DNA of 61,093 nucleotides, filler included, from Trichosphaerium sp. ATCC 40318 (taxonomy: Eukaryota; Protista; Tubulinea), in assembly GCA_038496445.1 (NCBI GenBank). It is 3 parts of 3 records of this genome, joined end to end, with 100 filler letters (N's around TTAATTAATTAA, not from the genome) between each part and the next. Parts side by side here need not be neighbours in the genome. Positions count along the whole stretch, not along the records: positions 1 to 21,948 come from JALMLS010000458.1; 2 more parts are not named here. One strand, 5' to 3'. Position 1 is the stretch's first letter; each line of letters starts with the position of its first letter. The position numbers and the translations under genes were made by a program. The notes under the pieces were generated by a model. It was not told the origin of the DNA and ran no database searches. It saw nothing but the letters and a program-made list of their open reading frames with translations. Below, piece by piece: positions 1 to 12,209 of the stretch.

Positions 1-1289
1 TTTTTGGGTACCTGCAATTCTGTTACTTGGTACTCAAGCTCAATATTGGCGTCTTCTACATTGTATAGTTGTTCCTTAGCTTCTCTAAGCTTACGTTGTA
101 GTTCAGAGATTAATTTATTATTCTCTTCTTCCTCCATTGAAAGCCTGTTGATTAAATCTTTTACCATCTATTTAAACAAACTGTAAGCATTTTGTACTGC
201 TTTTTCAAGAACGTAAAAATATGTTATACGTACCTCTGTTTCAGCGGTAGATTTATGTTTATTCGCAATACCTTTCACTTGTCCTTCAAGCTTTGCATTG
301 GCATAAACAATCTTTCGATTTTCCTTGACATTGTGTTAACAAAAATGACAAGAAAAATATAGGATTAGAAGTGTTTCATTTCTAAACTCGAAAGAGTTTT
401 TGTTTGTTTACCTCCATTAATACATCAATTTGATCCTCTAAATCGAGAACATTTTCTTCAAGTAAATTTATTTCGCTATCATACATAAGTTTCTGTTGAT
501 CCATCTCTAAAAGAAGTATGTCAAGAAACTGCGATTTTTGGAACAGCAATTGAAAAGTTTTTTGTTTTCTTTCTTACCATCGTGAATCTCCCCCAAGTCC
601 TCTCTTGCGCGTTCTAAGTCAGCTCGAAGCTCTTCCAGTTCTTGTAGTGTCTCTTCACTTACACTAGAGTTTACACTACCAACTTTTGAGGGAGAACTAG
701 TTGCATGAGGAATTTCACTTCCGCTTTGGGCTTCATCTGAAGCAAGTGTTATTCCAGTCCATCCCCAGTTAGGACATTCCCTTGCTATTGCTTTTATGCA
801 ACCTAGAACCTGAACATCATGATAAGCGGTTTGAACGTACTTGTGTGAATTTAATTGTACCATGTCCATGCCCTCATCCTCGTGAAGGTCACTTGTAACG
901 AAGAGTTCATCGGACGGAATACCAAGTTGCCAACAGCTGTCTAAAAAAATGCCAATGTTCTCCTAGGCGCCGTTTTATGATGTGTTTGAGCGGTTTACGT
1001 GTTAAAACGTACCCGTTCAAGCAAAGTATGTAGTTTGCCTTCCCCGTCATTAAAATCATCTATGACGTCGGGTTTAAGTTTAGAAACGAGCCTAGGGTGT
1101 ATTTAGACATACATTTCGAAACAAATAACGTTGTCACTACGTACTTGCACAGTACAACGCCAGAGCGGAGAGATCTACGCACTGTTAACAACGTAAATCA
1201 TTTTAGGCTGACTATTACCCATGTAAATCATTTGCATCCAATTTGCACTCAACAACTTTCTCCACCCAATCTATAAGCGTTTCTTCCAT
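1..1289 (-). CDS. Calponin-homology (CH) domain + coiled-coil protein, multi-exon, 3' end runs off the window
   Basis: ATG at 1289 gives MEETLIDWVEKVV. Spliced exons include LRSGVVLC and NIGIFLDSCWQLGIPSDELFVTSDLHE, matching a type-3 CH consensus, followed by heptad-rich exons (LQELEELRADLERAREDL). GT-AG introns. Confidence 0.7.
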
Positions 1290-1610
1290 AACAGCACAAA
1301 CACTAAATTTAATACTTGTCAGATAGGCACAGGTCTGTCACTATGGCATCAATGACGGTAATGTCAACGTGTTTGGTACAACAGACAATACTACAGGTAG
1401 TGCGCTGGTCAGCAGAAGTACACAAGAACTTTAAACGTGACTTCACATACAATGTCTCATACCCAGTAAAAACACCATGTACGCATTTGAATTACCTGGT
1501 GCAAGCGTAAGGCGTCGTACGGCGCTTCAATACGCGTCTAGAAGCGTCACACATACAATTGCTCCGTTTTCAGCTAGATTCGCTCTAAAACAATCTGTAC
1601 GCGTCCACAT

Positions 1611-3967
1611 ATGTTTTACGCTAACTTTCGTAAGTATAATAAAGTTTTTACACGTCAAGTGGCTGTTGAAGCAGCCACAGTGGCAAAGACATCTATGAGC
1701 ACCAAACTATTTCTTCTTTCTTTGGTTCCACTCGCAGGATTGATTTACCCAGTTAAAAGAGCTTGCAGACAAGTTGCGCGCGCTATAAAAACATCGTACG
1801 CCTATCTAACCTCCTTTAAGAAAACCTGACTTTGGTTCCAATAGATTTGTCGCTTTCGGCGTTGGCTACGACTATTATTACTCTCTACGTGACCTCAAAG
1901 GAGAAGAGTACAACAACACGCTAAAAACTGTAAGTGATTTCCACCTTGATTCCACTCACGTGCTCACCAAAACTATAGATACACCAACGCTCTGCTGATA
2001 AATTAATGAAATTATTTAAAGAACAAGGAGGTGTATACGTAAAAAATTGGGCAACACATGTCAAGTCTTTTTTTTATAATCCCTGAAGAGTATACAACTA
2101 CTTTTTCTGGCTTATATAATGAATGTCCTCCTGTTCCATATGAGCAAGTTGAAGAACAATTCAAAAGTTGCTTCAGTAGGCTTCCTTCGGATATTTTTGA
2201 AGAGGTAAAATGTGACATTTCGTGTCAATGTTATGACATTTCTAGTTTGATAAGAAACCTATTGCCGCTGCGAGTCTCGGACAAGTTCATCGTGGTAAAT
2301 TAAAGACAGGTGAAGAAGTAGCAGTGAAGGTACACCGTATTACGATCTTGAAAACCATTTAGTTACATATTTCTAGGTGCAATATTTTGATGTATCAGAA
2401 CAAGTACGTGCTTTCACTGAAATATCTGAAGCTACTGAACTCACTCTGACATTAGGCATGGGCAGATGTTAAAACTGTTACATTACTTGTTACAATAGCA
2501 TCTAAGGTAAGAATGAAGTACACTATTCGTTGTTCTAACACCGAGGCTAAGGTATTCCCAAACTATAAATTCGAGTGGCTTATTAGGTAAAGTTATCAAA
2601 ATCGTTTTTTTCAAAAGCACTAACAAACATAAAGAGAGCTCCACCGAAATTTACCTCAAGAACTAGACTTTGAATTAGAGGCCCATAATGCGAATAGAAT
2701 GAGAGAACTATTTGCTGACGATCCAACTTTTCATACACCTATTATACATGAGGTACATTCCAAAAAAAAAAAAAAAAAAGTTGATGTACTTTTAAACTAA
2801 ACCTCTAACATGCTTGTTTAGAGATATACAACAAAAGTTATTCTAGTTCAAGAGTTTATTCGTGGGTCTCTTGCAAATGATATCGAAGGTCTCAAAGCAC
2901 TTGGTGCTAAACCAAGCGCTGTAGCACGCTGTGTAAACAATATTTTTAATACTCAAATTTTTTCCCATGGGTACGTTACACTTATTATAACTTTCTCAAC
3001 CTCATTTTTCCGATACAGATTCGTACATTGTGATCCACATGCCGGTAATGTACGTGTTACTACCACCTCATATAATCAAGAAAAAAGCTCACCACATCTT
3101 GTGTCAGATCATGGTTCGAAAACATCCAGAAAGAGTGTGATGATTTTCAAGTAGTATTACTTGATAATGGATTGTGCTTGCAATACGAAGATGACTTTAG
3201 GTATGTCCTTCTCTAGTAAAATATATGTATCCTATTGATTCTAACACTTATTGTTCAGGTATAACTACAGCAAGTTGTGGATGTCTATTCTCAAAAAAGA
3301 TGAAGATAATATTGCAAAATATGCACAGCTTCTTGGTGTTGATAATTATCGATTATTTGCTGCCATGATAACAGCTACACCTTGGAAGGAAGCGTAAGTA
3401 TATTACAGAATACTTCTTGTCTTATTGAGGTTCTTTTACAGCAAAGGAAAGACACAGCTACAACTTGAAACAGAAATGAGTAAAGAATCTATGCGTGATA
3501 ATATAGGCAAGTACTTGGACCAGATAACTCATATCCTACAAGAAATACCTCCACCACTTGTACTCCTCTTGAAGACAAAGTAAGTATCAGATGTTACAAA
3601 CTGTAAAACTTCCCATACTCCTAAAGCACTGAATTAACAAAGTCTTTTAGTGATCTACTACGTCTCTTGAATACTCGGTTAGGTGTACGTCCTTTAAAAT
3701 ATATGCAAAGCATGTTCTTTTATTGTGCACGAACTGTATTCCTCACAGAGCTAGAAGAACGTACGTACCAGATAGAACTTGACTTTGTAGTTTGCTTTGC
3801 ATTAACGCATCATTGTAGAAGACCTGCCAATGAGTACAAAAATGTATAAATACTACGAATGGTTTGGACTTAATGTTCGTCTATGGGGACTATCAGCATA
3901 CTTGACATTATCTCAGATGTTCTCGGGTGTCTTAGCTTTACTTGGTTTTCAACTAGAAGGTGTTTGA
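1611..3967 (+). CDS. ABC1/UbiB-family atypical kinase (ADCK1/ADCK5-like), multi-exon, two apparent 1-nt indels
   Basis: Spliced motifs [55 protein letters not shown]. Frame breaks at the A-run ~2040-2046 and at ~3130. Confidence 0.85.
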
Positions 3968-4212
3968 AAATAGTGTAAAAGTAAAACAACGCCTCTAGAC
4001 TCTGCACATGTTTTGTGAGGTCTTGTCCAAGTTGAATCGTGTCATGCTCTGTGAGTATGACTACATGTACTGTTGTTGTCAAACCACGTGTGAATCCGAA
4101 GAGTTGTATCTTTTTAGAGGTTGTGCCACACAAAGCTCCAAAGACAGAGATTGTTGAAAAGTTGGTAACATTTCTACAAAAGTCATATTCTAGTCATTTA
4201 AAAGGAAACACT

Positions 4213-5195
4213 ATGGCAGTAAACGTAGCAGAGGTATGGGATGGTAAAGCAGAAGGTATTAATACTTTTTACGCTAATTGCGAGCCTTCATTGCTGTAAA
4301 ACAAAGAAACGCGCGTAATTGATTGTACAATAGTCTCAAGCGTATGTCTAACACTTGATAGAATGGAATGCATGGATTGGAATTGAAGGTGACAAGAACA
4401 GGCTCGAAAACTCCGATAAATTCATTTGGAAGCATGTTGGAGATATCAGCGTAAGACAAATGAGTTGCTCTAACTGTGTTTACAGTTTGAGATAGAACAA
4501 AGTCATCCTGGACGCAGGATGTGGAAATGGCTACCTGGTCAGAAAATTGACCGCTAAAGCGCCTAAACAGGTACTGATGCTTCACAAGCACATGTAATGT
4601 TGACAAATGGACCAGGTTATTGGTGTTGATATTAGTCCTAAGATGATTAAACTTGCTAAAAAGAACTGTTGTGATATTGATCCTCCAGCCAAATTAATGG
4701 TTGACTCTGTCGAAGAGTTGAAGCATATACCTGATAACTCTGTTGATTTGATTATATCTAATTATGTTCTGATGGATACACCTGATCTAGATAGTACTAT
4801 TAAGGCATTCAGTAGAGTACTTGTACCAAAAGGACGAGGTAAAGTTCAACACAAGAGGAATTTTCTTCGTTTTTTCTTATACTTGATTTTAAGTCATTGC
4901 TGTCTTCTTGCATCCGTGTTTCTCAGTTACAAAGGCAGAAAACTATAGAGATTTCTATATGTCATATCTTTCTACTCATACAGCACATCTACAGTGAGTT
5001 TGAAATTCGAGTTTGTATCAATAACCATTTGTTAGATGGGGAAAATTTTCAACAGATTTTGTAGAATTTAGAAGACCGTTGCACGTGTATATGAAAGCTT
5101 TTTTAAACCATTTCACATTACTAGACCTTGATGAACCACACAACGAAAAATACGCTAAACCTGTGAGTCTGGGAGTGCACCTTTGTAAAAAATGA
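4213..5195 (+). CDS. Class I SAM-dependent methyltransferase (Methyltransf_11-like)
   Basis: Motif I ILDAGCGNG, VIGVDISPKMI, NSVDLIISNYVL, RVLVPKGR, LHPCF; several short introns; TGA at 5193-5195. Confidence 0.85.
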
Positions 5196-5457
5196 AAATA
5201 ATAAACCAAGTTTCTGTGCTCAATTCTGTTTATCTTCCTGATCGGAGAGCTATTCCATTTCCATTTGCAGTTGGTTCTATATACTTTATACAATTGTTGA
5301 TTAACGATTATTAAATAATTGGGCACGTGAACTTGTTGCTTGCATACGTAGAACATTTTTAATAGACCACTGTTTTCATGTCGTTTATTTTTTAATATGA
5401 GTTTTTTTCACAAAAAACGCTTGTTTCTCCTTTGGAGATAAAAAAAAGTTTGTAAAA

Positions 5458-7736
5458 TCAACGGTCACGGAACGATGATAGTGCTGGAATTTTTATGTCA
5501 TGGAATCGCTGGTATCTAGTAATACAGCGGGTCAGAAACACAATTGTTTAAGGTCCTATAAATGTTGTGTTGACTTACCTGTACACAGCAATGGCTGCTA
5601 TTAAAACAAGTGTTATCACAACAGCAATAGAAACAATGACTGGAATAATGATATGTGCATTCTTGTTGAACGATGATTTAGCACCACCTACGTTGGTGCT
5701 ACCACAGCCACTTTCATCAACAGAAATTGATACAGTTATTCTTCGTGCTGATAAACTTGATTCAGCAACTAGTTCTGCACAATCTCTCTTTTTATAGCGT
5801 TAAGTTAAACTTTACTAATAATAAGGTCGAGGTACCTCTGCACCACCACCTGTCAAAATTAAACTTGTATTCTAAACATGGTGTTAGTTGGAGGTGGTCA
5901 TCTTTACAAAAAAAACTATCAATAAAAATGATTCCGTACATCAATGTCACAAGGTGTAAATAGTTCAATGATTTGTTGTCCTTCTACATATGTCTCGTTG
6001 TCATCTAATTGAATGTTGATACCATTTGTTGCTGAAACACATCCCTCGATAGTGAGTACAGTTTCTGTTGATTCAATTTTGATTTGACCTTTTTGTGAAA
6101 GAAAATTAACAGAAAGAAGAAAGAATGAAGCCTTGGTCAATACCTTGTACACTGAAGTTACCATTGATCAATACATCATTTCTAATAAATATAGAGTCCC
6201 CTGTTAATATCTCGCCTTGAAAGGTACCATTGATGAGTACTTGGTCATCACTGCACTCAAACGATCGACAAGCTATTAAACAAAATACTTGTTATTGAAA
6301 GTAAACGTACACTGCGAGAGTACCTATTTCTTCAGGAAGCTTTGTAGTATACTCAAAACGGGTATCAAACGCTAACCGAACTAGACCAGCTCTTGAAATT
6401 ATATTTAGACATCTACACAAACTCATACAAGTCCATGTGCGTACTCGAAAGATACTTCCACTTCTCTTGTGTTGAGATCTGGAGGCAAACTTGTACAGAA
6501 TCCAGCTAAGCAAAGTTTAGTAGCGCTAAGTCGAGAAATGGTGATTTAGGAACATACCACCAGTATCTGCGATAGGTTCTACTATTGTTGTAGCTACTTG
6601 GATGCCATTTAAGACCATATTTCCACCTGATTCTTCCAACATTTCGCGCATAAGCTGTGCAAACCCTTCTTTGAATAAATCAGGACCTGCACAAAAAGCA
6701 CAAAAGCGAGTATAAGCGATGAATGGTTCAGGGTAGTTTATTAATCCAACTAAACCAAAGTGAGCGTTCAAGTTATAAGTCTTATACCAAACGAAAGAAG
6801 TTCATTCACAGCGAACATTTCGTTGGTTCTTTTTTGGTAAGTTGTGAATAAATCTTAGGGATATTTTTTTTTTAGCACGTGCGTGGATCTTTGTAAGTAA
6901 AGCATGTAAATGGAACTGGGAAGGATCCTAATGTAATCTCAAGTCTTGGTTTATATACGGAACCACAATCAATGATACCATGAGGGTTGTCTTTTGTACA
7001 ATTAGATAGTTTGAAACAACCTTTTAAACAAACGACAAAAAAACTTACTACGTTTAATAAGCCACCCAGTATTCTTCGTTACATCTGGATCCAACCACCT
7101 TTTCATCGTATCTGTAACATCTATCTCAACGACGCCATCCGTAGAGATACTATAAGACCCAGCTGCTTCCGTAACGTAATTTACACCCGCAACTATAAGT
7201 ACAACAATGAGCACCAAAGAGTTTTTCGAAAGAAAAGAAAAAAAAAATACCAGGTCCCATGTTATTTGGAAAATGTGACCAAGCATGTGTTTCGGATAAA
7301 TTAAACCCAGGCATTAACTCGTGTATTGTTCCAGACGCTCCGGATGGGCCTACGTCATAAATCTGGAGATATAAGGTGGAGTCTAATACTGTAACCCATT
7401 CTCTAGGCAAGTTCGGAGGATCTAATCACTTCGTAAGTTGGCGTTTTAGTTGTTTTTTGGAATAATTCTTTTTTTGAAAACCAGGCCCTACTTACACGCT
7501 AACAGGAATTTTAATAGATAAATGTCATCTGCTGTAGTATTCGTTGTATCTAGGTTTGCGCTTTGACAAAATGTAACAGAAGTAGGCGTCAATAACACTC
7601 TGCCATTAAACGACTCTCCTACGTAGAGTCACGTGATTAAAAAAACCCCCAATGCAAATAGATTTGTGTCGCGTGTACCGTTACAAAAAGGAGCGTAAGC
7701 GCATATGAGTATAAAATATAAGGTAATATACAACAT
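5458..7736 (-). CDS. Type I membrane/surface protein: signal peptide, DNRLRE/CBM96-like beta domain, Cys-containing stalk, TM helix, short tail
   Basis: N-terminus MLYITLYFILICAYAPFC; motif EIDVTDTMKRWLD...NTGWLIK; C-terminal hydrophobic IIIPVIVSIAVVITLVLIAAIAVY followed by RYQR. Domain naming is by eye only. Confidence 0.6.
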
Positions 7737-8158
7737 ACGGCGGAGAGAAGATGTTGTCTTGACTTTTTGGCTACAATCTGAATCACATGTTATGATCAGT
7801 GTTATTTTTAACAACAAACACTTAGGGTTGACTATACGCCAATTTCAACCAAGCGATACCTCTTTGAAAAATCAAGAGATCCTTCTTTGCTGTACTACAA
7901 GCGAGCCACAATGGTGTCATTACAGAAACTGTTTTGACAACATAGAATTGCTGTTTTTTATTCTGTTCATGCATCTCGTTACATATGTAGTAGCTACATA
8001 CTGATACGATTAAACATGCTCAATGTTCGGCTCAACCAAACTTTGTGATTTAGCGCGTTTGCCACGTGATTAATTACTAGTGTAACGCTACTTTTTGATG
8101 TTGGAGGGTTCTGGAGTATTCAGCTGTCTCAAAAGCGATGCTGGTCCCAGCTCACAAG

Positions 8159-8567
8159 TGCTGCTGTCTCACACATTTAGGCGTTATTTAGCTTGTGCTC
8201 AAACAAGGTACAAGGACAGCAATTACAGGCGATTGTCCAACCGCAAATACGTCTGAACATGCGAGACATTTCAGGCGTTTGAACGAGCTGGACTGATCCA
8301 ACAAAGACAAGCAACCAAATGAAGCAGTTTATTCGATAGCAAGCAGAAATCACCCACCCACTAACTACCGCCCTTTGAAAAAAATTTTCGTTTTCTTCAT
8401 TTATTCATGTACATGCGATCGTGTTATGTAAATAAACCACACACGCTCGCTCTGCGCCAGAGCTATCGGTCAGGGACAGTGTGTTCCTTTCCTCCCAGAT
8501 CGTCTTGCAATAGCTTTTGTTGGGATTGAGGATTGGTCTAACGTCATGTTTATAAAGATGGAAGTTG
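8159..8567. repeat. Degenerate inverted copy of part of the neighbouring kinase gene (about 9788-9911)
   Basis: 8159-8253 matches the reverse complement of ~9810-9911 with indels. 8541-8567 (acgtcatgtttataaagatggaagttg) matches the reverse complement of ~9788-9814. Confidence 0.65.
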
Positions 8568-8654
8568 ATGGCTGCAGGTAAAATTTGTTACTGTGTTATT
8601 ACAATATCTTTTAAGGCTATCCTAGAACGCGGTTTCAGTGTTTTTGTTTATTCA

Positions 8655-11652
8655 CTAGGAAAAGAAGTCATAAACTAGATCACCATTGTCGCTCTTATTA
8701 ACATTATCTTCTAACAATTCATTCACCTTTGCAAATAAAATTTCATCATATCGTGTATCATATCTTATCATTGAAGCATCAAACCACTTCTTCAAGGCCT
8801 CATAGTCACATTTTCTAGCTAGATCAAGACCTTTTTTATTAGTTTCATCTGCAAAAGCACCTTTCCAATAAGCATTGAAGGCATCAAGCAACTTATCTTG
8901 CTTCACTCTGACATTTCTCCAATTTATACTTCTATAAGCCTTCAACATTTTAGCAGTGCTATCAGTGTACTGATAGTTAATAATATAAGTCCTGACTAAT
9001 GCTTCAAGGTCATGAGCTGGGTGGTTGACAACTAGTTTGCCGTTCAACCGGCACTGCTGGATATGTGGGCATGCTGTCACAAGTGTCCCAGAATAAGGCT
9101 TTTTAGAGCCAATCTTTACGACTGTACTCCAGTCAATAAGAATGAACTCATTATTATACATGATGATATTCCCTCTACTAACGTCCCTAAACACAATATC
9201 AAAAATAAACAATATCACACACAACAAAACTAACAATACTACATACCTGTGTACATAACCAAGTTTGTGTGTTACTTCAAGCGTTTCAACAACTTGTGAT
9301 AATGAAGGGCCTTTAGCATAAAGGTTTCGAGGTAGTTTTGTACCAACTGGTTTGAAAGCGAAGTAGACTCCACAGTCAGAAGTACCATTAAAAACCTGTG
9401 GGAAAAAAGTAAATCATTAAGCAAACTAATAACCACTAAGTTAATATCCACGCACTATCTCAGGTATCCTTGGTACACCCCCTTTTGCAAGTAAAATCAA
9501 TATTTCTCTCTCTATTTTTTCCCATCTCTTGTTCGCTTTTGGAAACAACTTGACAGCCAACCCGCCATCAATATTACCTGGTGTCAAAGCGAATACACTT
9601 GCAGTTGCACCGCAACCAAGTATACGTACTGGTACATGAGTTTTATCACCTTGCTTGAACAGCGGTACATGCCAACCGAGTTCCTTTGGTGTGCAGCTCA
9701 ATAGGTTATTTACCAATTTCGTACCCATGGCATGTTCACTATCGAATTCATATTCCGGTGTTGCAGTGAATATGAAGCCATCATCACCAACTTCCATCTT
9801 TATAAACATGACGTATTTGCGGTTGGACAATACGCCTGTTATTGCTGTCCTTGTACCTTGTTTGAGCACAGCACAAGTTAAATAACGCCTAAATGTGTGA
9901 GACTAGCAGCAAAAGTAATAAAAGTTCATACGCCAACTGCATTTTATCTTGAACGCTGAACTTTCCATCTCCGTTCTTCAGCTCCCATACGATAATAGTA
10001 CGCAGAGTTGAAGCGGACTTGATCTCATCCAAGTTAGCCGTCAAAACGATATCTGGTCGCTTGACTCTGCCTTTTAACTCTGAGTGCGTGTCAAAGGGTT
10101 TAAAATTCATCATCCCGGAATTTTTAAGGCGCTTGTACATCGTCTGTAACGTGCTCTCAGGATAAGTGATCTCGCCTGTTGTTTCGTTAACGACGCCAAG
10201 CGTGCCATCATCTCCAGATCCGATAACGTTGCACACTACTTCTTTGGCATAGAACCAAGGAGTACTAACCGCATACTTTTTATTCTCATGCAGATTAAGC
10301 CAAAAATTCGAGAGAGCTTTTTTGGGTAAGTATTAAGTCTTTATGGAAAAAAAAAAGTAAAAACTTCTTTGACGTACTGAAAACAATGAAACTACTGCAA
10401 GTGGTGTCCCTATTCGGTTTTACCCGTTCTCTGTCCATTCGAAAGGTGATAGAAGCATTCACTTCATGTTGCTTGTCTATTTTTTTACCTTGACTTTGTA
10501 TCACTTCTTGTTGCTTGGCTACCACTTCTTGTTGCTTGGCTATCACTTCTTGTTGCTTGGCTATCTTTTCATCTTGATTTTCCAGTCTTGCAAACACTAC
10601 TTCAAATTGTTTACCCATTACTTCAGTCGTCTTATCCAATCTTGCTTGGAACTCTGCGTTGTCTTTAAAGACTTGGTTGGTGGCGCGCAATGAAGCAGCT
10701 TCATCCAGTTGCTCAGAAGTTTTTTTATATGCTTCTTGTCCAAGTTCTGCATCTCTTTTTTGGATTTCCTTGGAGATGTTCTTAGCAGCGTTGGCTTCTT
10801 TGTCCTCATCTACTTGCAAAACGTTCGTAGCAGAGGACGTTTTCTGGTCAATTTTAGACTCGGTTCTCCGCCTCTTCACGTTCCTGGGAGTTTTGGAAAC
10901 CTTTTTCTTCCTCTTGAACCCCTGCTTGCCTACCTTTTTAACAGGCTTTTTTGGTTGCTCTGAAGTTGCTTCTAAATACGTGTTAACAACGACCAGGCAC
11001 TAACGGAGAAAACCAAACTCAAAACAGGTCACGTACTTTCTTGGTCGAGTAGCAACCTCCAGATGAGCGCCGATTTCAGTTTAGCTACTTGTAGTCCTGC
11101 TTTTTTTACCTGCTTCTTTAGGTCTACAACCTTTTTTTTAAGCAGAGCGCCTAGTAGATACGGTAAGTTAAGAGTAACCAGAGAAGCTACAGCAAAAAAA
11201 ATTTGTTTTTTTTCAAATCAATCAAACAAAAATAAGCCGAAAAGAAAAGGCGCAGTGCGGATAGAAAGTAAAAATATAGCGTGGGGCGGATTAAAAACAG
11301 AATTTAAAGATTTAAACGGAAAGGTTTTTTAATTTGTTGCAAAGTGTCAACTAAAATAGTCTAAAACGTTGTTTTATACGCACGAGAAGGTTTAGAGTCG
11401 GCGACTAACTCAGCCAGAGCCCTTACGGTGAGCTTTGGTTTGTAAAGCTTTACTTTCTTGGTATACGACACCAAGTGCGTCTTAGCAATGCGACCAGAGA
11501 GGTAGGCAACTAATCGATTACTCTGAGCGCTTCTCTTTGTCGAAAGTTGCTTCTTGACGCCAGAACCACGACCACGCGCTAAAGAAACGATATTAGAAAC
11601 AATTAAACGTAACGTCAATCAAAAAAACGAATAGTGTGGACGTACCAGACAT
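8655..11652 (-). CDS. Crinkler-like protein: SAP-like motif + coiled coil + PD-(D/E)xK restriction-endonuclease fold + protein kinase
   Basis: KKVVDLKKQVKKAGLQVAKLKSALIWRL (SAP-like); KRPDIV...IVWELK (PD..ExK); ILGCGATASV, LAVKLF, VHRDVSRGNI, LIDWS, HDLEAL (kinase motifs). Spliced across GT-AG introns. Confidence 0.72.
10500..10563. repeat. 3 x 21-bp tandem repeat encoding the heptad (I/V)AKQQEV
   Basis: a(t/c)cacttcttgttgcttggct repeated three times in frame within ORF 10295-10879. Confidence 0.9.
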
Positions 11653-12064
11653 GGAAGCTAGCAGCAGTTACTACCGGGTTCTATGTTGCCTTGGGTCTAG
11701 TTGGTTCTGAGGAGGTGTTGCTTAGCTTGTGTCCTTATAAATAATGGAATTTTCAAGCTTTTGATGACCAAAAGCTTGAGTCACCGAAAAGTAATTATGA
11801 ATCTTTGAACAGCCTTTACACGTTACTTGTAACTCCGGGAACAACCTTTACACTACAATATGAAACGTTAGTTTATGTATTTCTTGGAACGTCACAACGC
11901 TGGTCAATGCAGTGTGGTAGTATTTTTTGGTGGTGCCAGTGGCTCTCGTGATGTTCGTACAGACTTTGGTTTATCGCGAACATAGGAATTCTTCGTAAGA
12001 TTTATCAGTGACGTTATCACTCACATGTTTTTACGAAACGATGCAGTCTTAGAATAGGTAGGCA

Positions 12065-12209
12065 TGTTATGAACGTGTTTCATGTAAATACTATTCAACA
12101 AATAGGATTTCAGAGAAACGCATCCCACAATAAATAAAATATATATGTACCTTTTGTAACTCCTGTAAATCTAAATAAACACGCTTTGACTTTATTCTGC
12201 AGCATAACA
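12065..12209 (+). repeat. 5' LTR (145 bp) of Gypsy element 1
   Basis: 7-bp terminal inverted repeats TGTTATG/CATAACA, internal AATAAA, followed 2 nt later by the PBS. The partner LTR is not in the window. Confidence 0.75.

Noticed and set aside
2030-3145. Recoding or alternative genetic code suggested by in-frame stops in the ABC1 kinase and other genes
   Set aside because: Conserved motifs resume in a shifted frame next to homopolymers. TAA, TAG and TGA all serve as normal terminators elsewhere. Indel errors explain it.
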